The notes under the pieces: model-generated
The model's input: the letters and a program-made list of their open reading frames with translations, nothing else
What the model was told of the DNA's origin: nothing
Databases searched by the model: none
In this document: in pieces, positions 6,993 through 14,436 of the stretch
How the letters are laid out: every line of letters starts with the position of its first letter
Numbering within the stretch: position 1 is the first letter of the stretch
IMG/VR virus record: IMGVR_UViG_3300037467_000331
Location: 1 to 38,337 of that record
DNA from: a virus
Direction: 5' to 3' (one strand)
DNA length: 38,337 nucleotides
Position numbers and translations under genes: made by a program

Positions 6993-7370
6993 ATGAATAT
7001 AAAAGCGAACATAGTCAAATCAATGGGATTTGTAGGAGTAGTAAGTGCTTTAACTGCTGCTTATGCATTTACCCCTTCTAAAGCTGAGCCAGTAACTATT
7101 GTTGCTCCTTTCAAAGTTGAATCGATTGATCCTGAAAGTGAACAAGCTGTTTTGCAAACTGCAAATGAAGCTTACACGTTAGAAGTTGATTTTGATGCTC
7201 AATATTATGTGGATGGCAACGGCTATCAAACTTACCGAGATGTTGAAATCAACGAGATTAAAGACATCCGTGTTTATAACGAAGATGGCGAGATCTTGGC
7301 TTACGTTGATCGTTTAGACGTAGTTGAGATTAAAGATCTTATCGAATCAGGAATTAGAGAGCGCATTTAA
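6993..7370 (+). CDS. Secreted/periplasmic hypothetical protein (125 aa), first gene of the early-left operon
   Basis: The ATG at 6993 is preceded by GAGAAG. Signal-peptide-like N-terminus MNIKANIVKSMGFVGVVSALTAAYAFTPSKAEP. Confidence 0.5.
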   Translation: MNIKANIVKSMGFVGVVSALTAAYAFTPSKAEPVTIVAPFKVESIDPESEQAVLQTANEAYTLEVDFDAQYYVDGNGYQTYRDVEINEIKDIRVYNEDGEILAYVDRLDVVEIKDLIESGIRERI

Positions 7371-7377
7371 GCGCTCC

Positions 7378-7656
7378 ATGGTGATCAATATGAATGCACA
7401 TCCTGAAATTATCGAACTATCAAGACTTAAAAGTCTTATTAAAGATTCAGTGCAAGCCCTACTCCCTTTATCAAGTGAAGAAGACACAGTGGTGACTGAT
7501 GGCGGCAACTGGATTCACCTGCGTTATGTGGGCCGAGGAACTGAGCAAATTCAATTAGATATTGGCGATCAGTTTTCTATAAAGACAAAGATTTCTTACT
7601 TGCGTGACACATTAAATCGCTTAGCAGAAATTAAGAAAGAGTTGAGAGGTGGGTGA
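7378..7656 (+). CDS. Hypothetical protein (92 aa)
   Basis: Track ORF trimmed to the first ATG after the upstream stop. Start uncertain (7378 or 7390). Confidence 0.45.
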   Translation: MVINMNAHPEIIELSRLKSLIKDSVQALLPLSSEEDTVVTDGGNWIHLRYVGRGTEQIQLDIGDQFSIKTKISYLRDTLNRLAEIKKELRGG

Positions 7657-7994
7657 TGGCTACAAACTATTGGGAGACTGTCACAGAAACCATTCTTGGT
7701 GATGTTGGTTTTTTGATTGAAAAAGATCAACTTCAAGAACTGGCAAAACAGTTTGAAAGTGCTGCATCAATGGAATCTGAATCAACGGGCGAAATGTACA
7801 TAAGCCATAACCCTGAAGCAATAGAACTTGCAAAGCTTAAAGCTGAACAAGCCAAGCATGAGAAATGGTTTCACTCAACTATGCCATGTAAGCCCTGCTA
7901 TCAAACAGGTGTTACACAAGACAGATATGGCAGAGATACAACCTGCGCTCATTGCTCAGGTAAAGGCCGAGTAAATCGTGGTTATTGGGATTAA
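7656..7994 (+). CDS. Hypothetical protein with a C-terminal DnaJ-type zinc finger (112 aa)
   Basis: CKPCYQTG...CAHCSGKGRV gives two CxxCxGxG-like knuckles. TGATG overlap and a GAGAGGTGGG RBS. Confidence 0.5.
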   Translation: MATNYWETVTETILGDVGFLIEKDQLQELAKQFESAASMESESTGEMYISHNPEAIELAKLKAEQAKHEKWFHSTMPCKPCYQTGVTQDRYGRDTTCAHCSGKGRVNRGYWD

Positions 7995-8010
7995 GAATTA
8001 GGAAAAGATT

Positions 8011-8739
8011 ATGAATGCGCCAGTAAGTACACAAGCTCCAATGGTTCAAGATCAGAATAATCAACTCTTTGGACTTGTAGAGCGAGTTTTAAATAGCCCA
8101 ACGCCAGACATGGCAATTATTGAAAAGATGTTAGACATGCAAGAGCGTGTCTTAGCCAAACAAGCTGAAATGGCATTTAACCGTGACTTTGCAATGATGG
8201 CTCAAGAGATTCCGGTTATTGCCGAAACATCTAATGGTCACAATATTACTTATGCAGCATTAGAGACAATTGATGCAGTAGTTCGCCCTATTCTTTCTAA
8301 ATATGGGTTTGCTACTTCATTCCGAGTTGAGCATCCAGAGCCAACAAAGGTAAAGGTTACATGCGTCTTGATGCATAAAGATGGGCACCGTGAAAGTACA
8401 AGCATGGAGTTAAATGCTGATACTTCTGGATCTAAGAATGCTGTTCAGGCTCTCGGTTCAAGTGTGTCTTATGGTAAGCGCTATACCCTATGTGCAATGT
8501 TAAATATCACAACAGCAAAAGAAGATGACAACGGCTTTGCAGCTAAACCATTTTGCCCTATGACTGGTGAACAAATCCAAATGCTCACTGGATTGCATGA
8601 TCGTCTTGACCAGTTCCAACAACAACAATTCTTTGAGCAATTTGGATCTATAGAGAACATTAATAAATCTCTATTTACCAAGGCCCAGTCGGCCCTGAAT
8701 AAGTTGATCAGACAAGGAAATGGCAATGCTAATACTTGA
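8011..8739 (+). CDS. erf: ERF-family single-strand annealing recombinase
   Basis: YAALETIDAVVRPIL...HKDGH...SKNAVQALGSSVSYGKRYTLCAMLNI...EDDNG parallels the conserved core of P22 Erf. Confidence 0.75.
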   Translation: MNAPVSTQAPMVQDQNNQLFGLVERVLNSPTPDMAIIEKMLDMQERVLAKQAEMAFNRDFAMMAQEIPVIAETSNGHNITYAALETIDAVVRPILSKYGFATSFRVEHPEPTKVKVTCVLMHKDGHRESTSMELNADTSGSKNAVQALGSSVSYGKRYTLCAMLNITTAKEDDNGFAAKPFCPMTGEQIQMLTGLHDRLDQFQQQQFFEQFGSIENINKSLFTKAQSALNKLIRQGNGNANT

Positions 8740-9337
8740 TTGTGAGCAAGGTTCGCCTGAGTGGTTGCAAGCGCGAGCAGGCTTAATTACATGCTCGGAA
8801 CTTGAAGCAGTTTTCTCTAAAGGTACTGGTAAAAATCCATTTGGTAAAGGTGCAATCACTTACATGTATGAGCTTATTGGTGAGCAAATCACTGGTGAGC
8901 CAAAGGAAAGTTATTCAGGTTTTCATACAGAACGTGGGCATGTTCATGAGCCAATGGCAATTGAACTTTATGAAATGCAGACAGGTTATGAAGTTGGTAA
9001 ATGCGGATTCATTATTGGTGAGAAGTTCGGCTATAGCCCTGACGGCTTAGTTGGCGCAAATGGTTTGACAGAAGTTAAGTCAAAGTTACCGAAGCTACAG
9101 GCGCAAATTCTTTATGAAGGGATTTTGCCTACAGAACATTATTACCAATGTATGGGCGGTATTTCAGCAGCAGAACGCGAGTGGATTGACTTCATAAGCT
9201 ACTGCCCATCAATGCCTATATTTATTAAACGTCTTTATCGCGATGAAAAGGTAATTAAAGAAATTGATAACCGTGTTGATCAGTTCCTTGAAGAACTAGA
9301 CAAACGTAAGCAAGTGATATTGGGAGCAGCAGCATGA
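8726..9337 (+). CDS. YqaJ/lambda-Exo-like recombination exonuclease (PD-(D/E)xK)
   Basis: QGSPEWLQARAGLITCSELEAV is the YqaJ N-motif, followed by SPDGL...EVKSK. Start at 8720 or 8726. It follows erf, which is the usual pairing. Confidence 0.8.
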   Translation: MLILDCEQGSPEWLQARAGLITCSELEAVFSKGTGKNPFGKGAITYMYELIGEQITGEPKESYSGFHTERGHVHEPMAIELYEMQTGYEVGKCGFIIGEKFGYSPDGLVGANGLTEVKSKLPKLQAQILYEGILPTEHYYQCMGGISAAEREWIDFISYCPSMPIFIKRLYRDEKVIKEIDNRVDQFLEELDKRKQVILGAAA

Positions 9338-9597
9338 GAACAATAGATTTAAACGAAATTAGTGGTACACCTGACCAAATTGCTGAAGGTCTTTTTAAGC
9401 AAATTATTGGCCCTATGGTTGATGAAATGAATGGCGAAGATAAAGACTCAGCTAAGGTATTCACCTTCTCTGTGATGTGGCTTGGTATGGCTTTATATGC
9501 AGCACAATTCGAACAACATAATGCCAAAAAGACTATTCAATTCTCTGTTGATCAGTTTATGGCAACACTCGACAAATTTAATAAAAGACCAAGCTAA
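9334..9597 (+). CDS. Hypothetical protein (87 aa)
   Basis: ATGA overlap with the exonuclease stop. GGAGCAGCAGC RBS. Confidence 0.5.
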   Translation: MRTIDLNEISGTPDQIAEGLFKQIIGPMVDEMNGEDKDSAKVFTFSVMWLGMALYAAQFEQHNAKKTIQFSVDQFMATLDKFNKRPS

Positions 9598-9608
9598 GGA
9601 GCAGCAGC

Positions 9609-9890
9609 ATGAAACTAAAAGAGCTTCGCGCCTTAATCAAAGATAAAAAAGCGGAAATTGATGTGCTTCAAAATCAATTTGATTCAAGACGTAAATCAGG
9701 TGGCAACCCATCTCTAATTTATTATGAGATTCAAAGCCTGTCTTGCAGAATTAATGACAAGTCAGTTGAGCTTTATGAACTTGAGAAGCAATACACAAGT
9801 CAACAGTTCAAATATGCATATCTTATAGGTATCCCAATGGTAATAGTCTTAGCACTTTTAACAGAATTATATAAATGGGTGGCAGCATGA
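9609..9890 (+). CDS. Hypothetical tail-anchored membrane protein (93 aa)
   Basis: AAGGAGCAGCAGC RBS. Coiled-coil N-part and a C-terminal hydrophobic helix, YLIGIPMVIVLALLTELY. Confidence 0.5.
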   Translation: MKLKELRALIKDKKAEIDVLQNQFDSRRKSGGNPSLIYYEIQSLSCRINDKSVELYELEKQYTSQQFKYAYLIGIPMVIVLALLTELYKWVAA

Positions 9891-10207
9891 CATTGAATGA
9901 AAGAGAGGCTTTTAAGTCCTACCTTAAAACGAAAGGTATCGTGAAAATTGATTGGAATTGTTTAGGTGTAATCACAGATGTAGTTCGAGAAGCTGGCTGT
10001 ACTCTTGGATATAACGATCTTGAATTGATGCAGGAAGTTTGGGAAGCAAAAGCTCAGGCGGTGCCAGAACACATCAATGAAATTCAATCTTGGATTGCTG
10101 TTCAATCAACACAAGCAATGGAATTAGACGGTGAAGAGTTTGTAGTTGGTGCAAATGAACTTGCAGAGTTTATTGAGCAGTTAGTTAAAAGCGAATCGGG
10201 AGCATAG
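9887..10207 (+). CDS. Hypothetical protein (106 aa)
   Basis: The ATG at 9887 overlaps the upstream TGA (ATGA). Confidence 0.5.
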   Translation: MTLNEREAFKSYLKTKGIVKIDWNCLGVITDVVREAGCTLGYNDLELMQEVWEAKAQAVPEHINEIQSWIAVQSTQAMELDGEEFVVGANELAEFIEQLVKSESGA

Positions 10208-10209
10208 GG

Positions 10210-10692
10210 ATGAATGCACAAATTTTAGATCCATGCTGCGGCTCTCGTATGTTCTGGTTTGATCGTCACAATCCAAATGTAGTGTTTGGCGATATTCGAA
10301 AAGAAGAACACACCTTATGTGATGGTCGCTCTTTAGTGATTGAGCCAGATGTGATGATGGACTTTCGTGACATGCCTTTTAAGGATGGCCAATTTACTTT
10401 AGTTGTATTTGACCCTCCTCATCTGGTGAAGGCAGGTAAACAAAGTTGGTTAGCTCTGAAGTATGGAAAGTTGCAAGATGATTGGCGCGAAGATATTCGG
10501 AAGGGTTTTGCAGAGTGCTTCCGTGTGTTGGCCAAAGGTGGTGTTTTAATTTTCAAATGGAATGAAACACAGATCAAAGTTAGTGAGCTTCTAGCACTGA
10601 CAGATCAAAAACCATTGTTTGGCCACATTACTGGCAAACGGGCGAATACGCATTGGATTACTTTTATGAAAGTTGAGGGAGCTGAGGGATGA
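10210..10692 (+). CDS. Small SAM-dependent DNA methyltransferase, DPPH type (probable N6-adenine or N4-cytosine)
   Basis: ILDPCCGSRMFW (SAM-binding motif I), VVFDPPH (catalytic motif IV) and GGVLIFKW. No cognate nuclease nearby. Confidence 0.7.
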   Translation: MNAQILDPCCGSRMFWFDRHNPNVVFGDIRKEEHTLCDGRSLVIEPDVMMDFRDMPFKDGQFTLVVFDPPHLVKAGKQSWLALKYGKLQDDWREDIRKGFAECFRVLAKGGVLIFKWNETQIKVSELLALTDQKPLFGHITGKRANTHWITFMKVEGAEG

Positions 10693-11090
10693 GTAGATTA
10701 CACACATTAGTCGACAAAGCTTTTAAAGATGGTGGTCTCGATTTGCGCACATTGATGGAATCATTTGATGTGCGTTTTGGAAACCTTAGTCTTGATGATA
10801 TTCGTTTTATTGAATCGGAATGCCGAGAGGTTCGCCAAAAGTTTGAAGATGCGGAAAAGGTCGACTGCTACAAAACCAGAGAACTGTTTTGGCTTGGCTT
10901 TGATGATACCGCTTACTTCTCATTAGATGAAGTTGATTTAGTGAAAAAGCTCGCAAATGAAATGATCTTGAAGGGTAATTTCGCTTTTGAAATTAAAAAG
11001 ATTCGAATCTCTAAAGCTGTTTTAGAAGGTCATATTAAAGATCGCAAACAGTGGGAGAAAGATGACAAAGCGGAAAGTAAGGAGGGGTGA
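10689..11090 (+). CDS. Hypothetical protein (133 aa)
   Basis: ATGA-coupled ORF. No recognisable motif. Confidence 0.5.
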   Translation: MSRLHTLVDKAFKDGGLDLRTLMESFDVRFGNLSLDDIRFIESECREVRQKFEDAEKVDCYKTRELFWLGFDDTAYFSLDEVDLVKKLANEMILKGNFAFEIKKIRISKAVLEGHIKDRKQWEKDDKAESKEG

Positions 11091-11300
11091 ATGTCTAAAT
11101 ATCTCACATCAAAAGAAGTCTGTGAAAGATTTGGAATTACCAAGCAGACTTTAAACCGTTGGGAGAAAGGCACTCAATATGGGGAGCCTTTTCCAGCTCC
11201 GGCATTGCCTTCGATTGGTGGCGGCATGAAACGCTACCTATCAAAGGAGGTGAATCGCTGGGAACGCATTTGTATTGATCGATTCAAAACGGCTGTGTAA
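11091..11300 (+). CDS. xis: Excisionase / AlpA-type HTH protein
   Basis: LTSKEVCERFGITKQTLNRWEK is a MerR/AlpA-like HTH. It is 69 aa and lies directly next to the integrase. Confidence 0.6.
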   Translation: MSKYLTSKEVCERFGITKQTLNRWEKGTQYGEPFPAPALPSIGGGMKRYLSKEVNRWERICIDRFKTAV

Positions 11301-11309
11301 TCAGCCGTT
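11288..11309. other. Hairpin spanning the convergent xis and int stop codons
   Basis: aacggctg-tgtaat-cagccgtt with no flanking T-run. Confidence 0.4.
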
Positions 11310-12528
11310 AATCTTCTATTATTCCATTCTTAATTTTGTCTAATCTATCAATCCACTTTTCATAGATTTCTGCTTGTTCCTTCACGTAGTCATAAAGGTC
11401 ATAAACTTCTTGGATCTGCGGCATACTGTGACCAATCATCATTTCGGCTACATCTCTACGCTCAGTGAATCGACTGAAATTAGTACGTGCTGTACGTCTT
11501 AGGTCATGCATAGACCAATGAGTCATATCTTCTTTTTTGAATCGCTTAACCCAGCCAATTACACTTGCAGATAAGGCAGTTGATGCTGAGCTACTCATGG
11601 CTTCATCTTTTTCGCCATTATTGAATAAGTACTTCCCTTTGCTTAACTCCATTGCCTCTAATATAAGATCTTCCATTTTTGGCAATATTGGGCGAATTAG
11701 TGTCTTATCATTTTTATAGCCTGTCTTATGGTTTTCAGGTGGAACTAACCAGACTTTCTTTTTTAAATCGAAATGTTTTTTCTCAGCTAAACGTAGCTCA
11801 CCTTTACGACATCCATAAATAAGGCAAAGTTGAATAAAGATTTTATTCTTCTCAGTTAATCTGGACCATTTAAGACATTCAAATAAGACTACTAATTCTT
11901 CATCAGTTAATACCCGTTTAGAAGGTATATAAGTAATGTTTAAATCTTCCTTAGGAAAAATATCGGCAAGTACATTAGTTAATACTAGTTTTCTTTTTGC
12001 TGCCCATTTCAACATTTGTTTTATGTTTGATAAAAGTACCTTGGCTGTGCCGGGCTGTTTAGCTGCTAGATTCTCAAATAACTCAAGCCAATGCTCAATA
12101 TCAATGCGCTCAATTGGATATTTACCTAATTGAGGAGATATATGATTCAAATAAGCGCTTTTAACTTGATCATGAAGTTTCTTATTAGGTTTGCAAAATG
12201 ATTCATACCATTTGTCAAATAGCTGATCTAATGTGAGCGGGTCAATATGTTTATTTCGCTCTACCAGAACTTCAACTTTAGGGTTTTTACCTTGCTCAAG
12301 CAATGCCCGCAATCTATTAGCTTCTGCACGGGCATCTTTCAAACTGATATTAGGATATGAGCCTAAATCTAGACGATGCGGCTTACCATTGAAACGGTAG
12401 CGAAGTTGGAAGACAATTTTACCTTTTGCTGATATCCTTGCACTCATTGAGTCTCGGTCAGCAACTTCTTCTACTTTGTCCCGAACCTTGCCATTATTAG
12501 CTTTTAGCCAAGCTTCTGATAGAGCCAT
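11308..12528 (-). CDS. int: Tyrosine integrase, P4-like (N-terminal arm-binding DUF4102-type domain)
   Basis: N-terminus LSEAWLKANNGK...ISAKGKIVFQLRYRFNGKPHRLDLGSYP. Catalytic region GCRKGELR, HDLRRTARTN, GHS and VYDLYDY. Confidence 0.92.
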   Translation of the reverse strand: MALSEAWLKANNGKVRDKVEEVADRDSMSARISAKGKIVFQLRYRFNGKPHRLDLGSYPNISLKDARAEANRLRALLEQGKNPKVEVLVERNKHIDPLTLDQLFDKWYESFCKPNKKLHDQVKSAYLNHISPQLGKYPIERIDIEHWLELFENLAAKQPGTAKVLLSNIKQMLKWAAKRKLVLTNVLADIFPKEDLNITYIPSKRVLTDEELVVLFECLKWSRLTEKNKIFIQLCLIYGCRKGELRLAEKKHFDLKKKVWLVPPENHKTGYKNDKTLIRPILPKMEDLILEAMELSKGKYLFNNGEKDEAMSSSASTALSASVIGWVKRFKKEDMTHWSMHDLRRTARTNFSRFTERRDVAEMMIGHSMPQIQEVYDLYDYVKEQAEIYEKWIDRLDKIKNGIIED

Positions 12529-12544
12529 TATTAAAACTCGCTAG

Positions 12545-12830
12545 AATATGTACACAAAGAGCATCAACAAAAGAATGTGTACACGAATATGTACGCAAAC
12601 CACGTTTGTTGAGGTTTGTCATTATGTTCTAGTTAGTTATAGATAAACAATATAATGGTGCATATTTTATGGTTTTAAGTATTCAGTATGTTCTAGTTTG
12701 ATATAATACTTTCAATAGACTGATATTTGTGCTAAGAATACCTGAGTTATCTATATTTACTATTATTAATCATTAACTTATATACTAGTTTAATAGCTAA
12801 TTTTTATTGTATGTACACCATTCTGTACAC
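12545..12830. repeat. attP-like region with arm-type direct repeats
   Basis: TGTAC(A/G)C occurs in the same orientation at 12549-12555, 12578-12584, 12590-12596, 12812-12818 and 12824-12830. The 12-mer tatgttctagtt occurs at 12623-12634 and 12687-12698. The tract between is very AT-rich. Confidence 0.55.
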
Positions 12831-12955
12831 ATAAAGAAAATTAGCTATTTTTTTTGCTTTCAAGTTGTCATAACAATAAGAACATTTTCCGACCAAATGC
12901 AATCCCTACCACGACACAACTTGACTCATCCATGTTTATCCACAGGTTTTTAAAT

Positions 12956-13010
12956 TTGAATTTATTCAGGCTCAGCTCTACCATTTATTTTGAATTTGTA
13001 ACGTTTTCAA
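12956..13010 (+). promoter_or_regulatory. Candidate umuC promoter and palindromic operator
   Basis: TTGAAT (12956-12961)-17 nt-TACCAT (12979-12984). The palindrome TTGAAtttgtaacgttTTCAA at 12990-13010 ends 8 nt before the ATG. Confidence 0.45.
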
Positions 13011-13017
13011 GATAACC

Positions 13018-14310
13018 ATGAGAGAGCGAATTTTTGCATTAGTCGATGTGAATAACTGTTATGTCAGTTGTGAGAGATTCTTTCAGCCTGAACTTATCGA
13101 TAAGCCAGTAATTGTGCTTAGTAATAATGACGGCTGTGCAGTCGCTCGATCAAATGAGGCCAAAGAGCTTGGCATACGGATGGGTGCCCCACTCTTCCAA
13201 ATTCGAGACATTGTAGAAAGACATAATGTGATTGTGCTCTCAAGTAACTACACTGTCTATGCGGAAATGAGCAAGCGGTTCATGAGTATCTTGCGAAACT
13301 ATGTCACTGAGCATGAACAAGAGGTTTATTCTATTGATGAGTGTTTTCTAGATCTGACTGCCTATTTAAATAATTATGACCTAACTACCTATTGCCATGG
13401 CATGAAGGAAAGGATTTGGAAATGGATAGGCCTTCCAGTATGTATTGGAATTGGCAGATCAAAGACCGAAGCAAAGATGGCTAACCACATAGCAAAGAAA
13501 AACAAACCCTTTGATGGTGTGTGTAATCTAGTTGCAATGGATCCTTGCAATAAAGAATCATACTTATCATCTATAGATGTGTCTGAAGTCTGGGGAGTTG
13601 GCAGACAGCATACTAAAAAGCTAAATACTATGGGAATAAAGACAGTTTTAGACCTTGCCAGCGCATGCCCAGAACATATACAGCAACAGTTTTCAGTAGT
13701 CATGAAGCGAACGGTGTATGAACTGCAAGGCATATCATGCATAGAGATTGAGCATACACCACCAAGCAAAAAACAGATCATTTCATCTAAGTCATTTGGA
13801 CAGAAAGTTACTGAGCTCATAGACCTTCAAGAAGCTGTTTCGCTATACATGCAAAATGCTGTGGTGAGGTTAAGAAAAGATAGACTATTGTGCGGCTGCA
13901 TTATTGTTTTTGCTCAGTCAAACCCATTTGATAAAAACAGACCTTTCTTTAATAGGTCACTTTCTCTACCAGTTGCGGTGCCGACTGACAATGTCTTAAA
14001 GATGGTACAAATAGCCACTTTTCTAATAAGACACCTATATGCACGGGGAATTGAATATAAGAAGTGTGGAGTTATTTTGACAGGTTTAGAGCCTAAAGAC
14101 ACCTTTAACTATGATCTGTTGACAGACTGGAGCAAGGTCGAGAAGGATGAGAATTTGATGACAACTTTAGAACAAGTTGTCGATAAGTTTGGAAAACATA
14201 AAATCGCTGTGGGTAGTTGTAGATTACCAAATAGAGGCTGGTCAATGACCAGAGATAAGCTAACCCAAAATTACTTTAGCTGGGAAGGCTTACCTAAGAT
14301 TAATAACTAA
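13018..14310 (+). CDS. umuC: Y-family translesion DNA polymerase, UmuC-like (Pol V catalytic subunit), orphan
   Basis: FALVDVNNCYVSCERFF, PVIVLSNNDGCAVARSNEAK, YSIDECFLDL and the VWGVGR HhH region, over a full-length 430 aa. No umuD-size ORF is adjacent. Confidence 0.9.
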   Translation: MRERIFALVDVNNCYVSCERFFQPELIDKPVIVLSNNDGCAVARSNEAKELGIRMGAPLFQIRDIVERHNVIVLSSNYTVYAEMSKRFMSILRNYVTEHEQEVYSIDECFLDLTAYLNNYDLTTYCHGMKERIWKWIGLPVCIGIGRSKTEAKMANHIAKKNKPFDGVCNLVAMDPCNKESYLSSIDVSEVWGVGRQHTKKLNTMGIKTVLDLASACPEHIQQQFSVVMKRTVYELQGISCIEIEHTPPSKKQIISSKSFGQKVTELIDLQEAVSLYMQNAVVRLRKDRLLCGCIIVFAQSNPFDKNRPFFNRSLSLPVAVPTDNVLKMVQIATFLIRHLYARGIEYKKCGVILTGLEPKDTFNYDLLTDWSKVEKDENLMTTLEQVVDKFGKHKIAVGSCRLPNRGWSMTRDKLTQNYFSWEGLPKINN

Positions 14311-14311
14311 T

Positions 14312-14431
14312 CTACAAAGCCTTAACGCAAATACCCACTTTAACCGACGTGTTAATAGTGTGAGCTGTGCAACTTGAGAAAAGCAGACACAGCATTGTGA
14401 TGATCGATGCAACTTTAGTACGTTTACACAT
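14312..14431 (-). CDS. Unannotated 39-aa putative lipoprotein directly after the endolysin
   Basis: The ATG lies 5 nt after the endolysin stop. MCKRTKVASIITMLCLLFSSC has a positively charged n-region, a hydrophobic core and a lipobox-like FSSC. The mature part is only 18 aa. Confidence 0.35.
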   Translation of the reverse strand: MCKRTKVASIITMLCLLFSSCTAHTINTSVKVGICVKAL

Positions 14432-14436
14432 ATAAG

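Noticed and set aside
12901-12916. tRNA-like segment AATCCCTACCACGACA as a tRNA gene
   Set aside because: Only the 3'-terminal part (T-loop end, T-stem, acceptor 3' strand) is present, with no D-arm or anticodon arm upstream and no CCA. It is not a gene. It is kept only as a possible attP core candidate in the attP finding.
13389-13820. 143-aa antisense ORF inside umuC, and similar antisense or shadow ORFs in the track (2174..2545, 3217..3405, 3965..4243, 4428..4712, 4478..4687, 5180..5503, 5455..5715, 21020..21271, 21080..21331, 28186..28489, 30243..30569, 32729..33067, 36369..36740, etc.)
   Set aside because: All lie wholly within well-supported genes on the opposite strand or in another frame. 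They lack RBS motifs and have low-complexity or Cys/Ser/Leu-rich shadow-frame composition.
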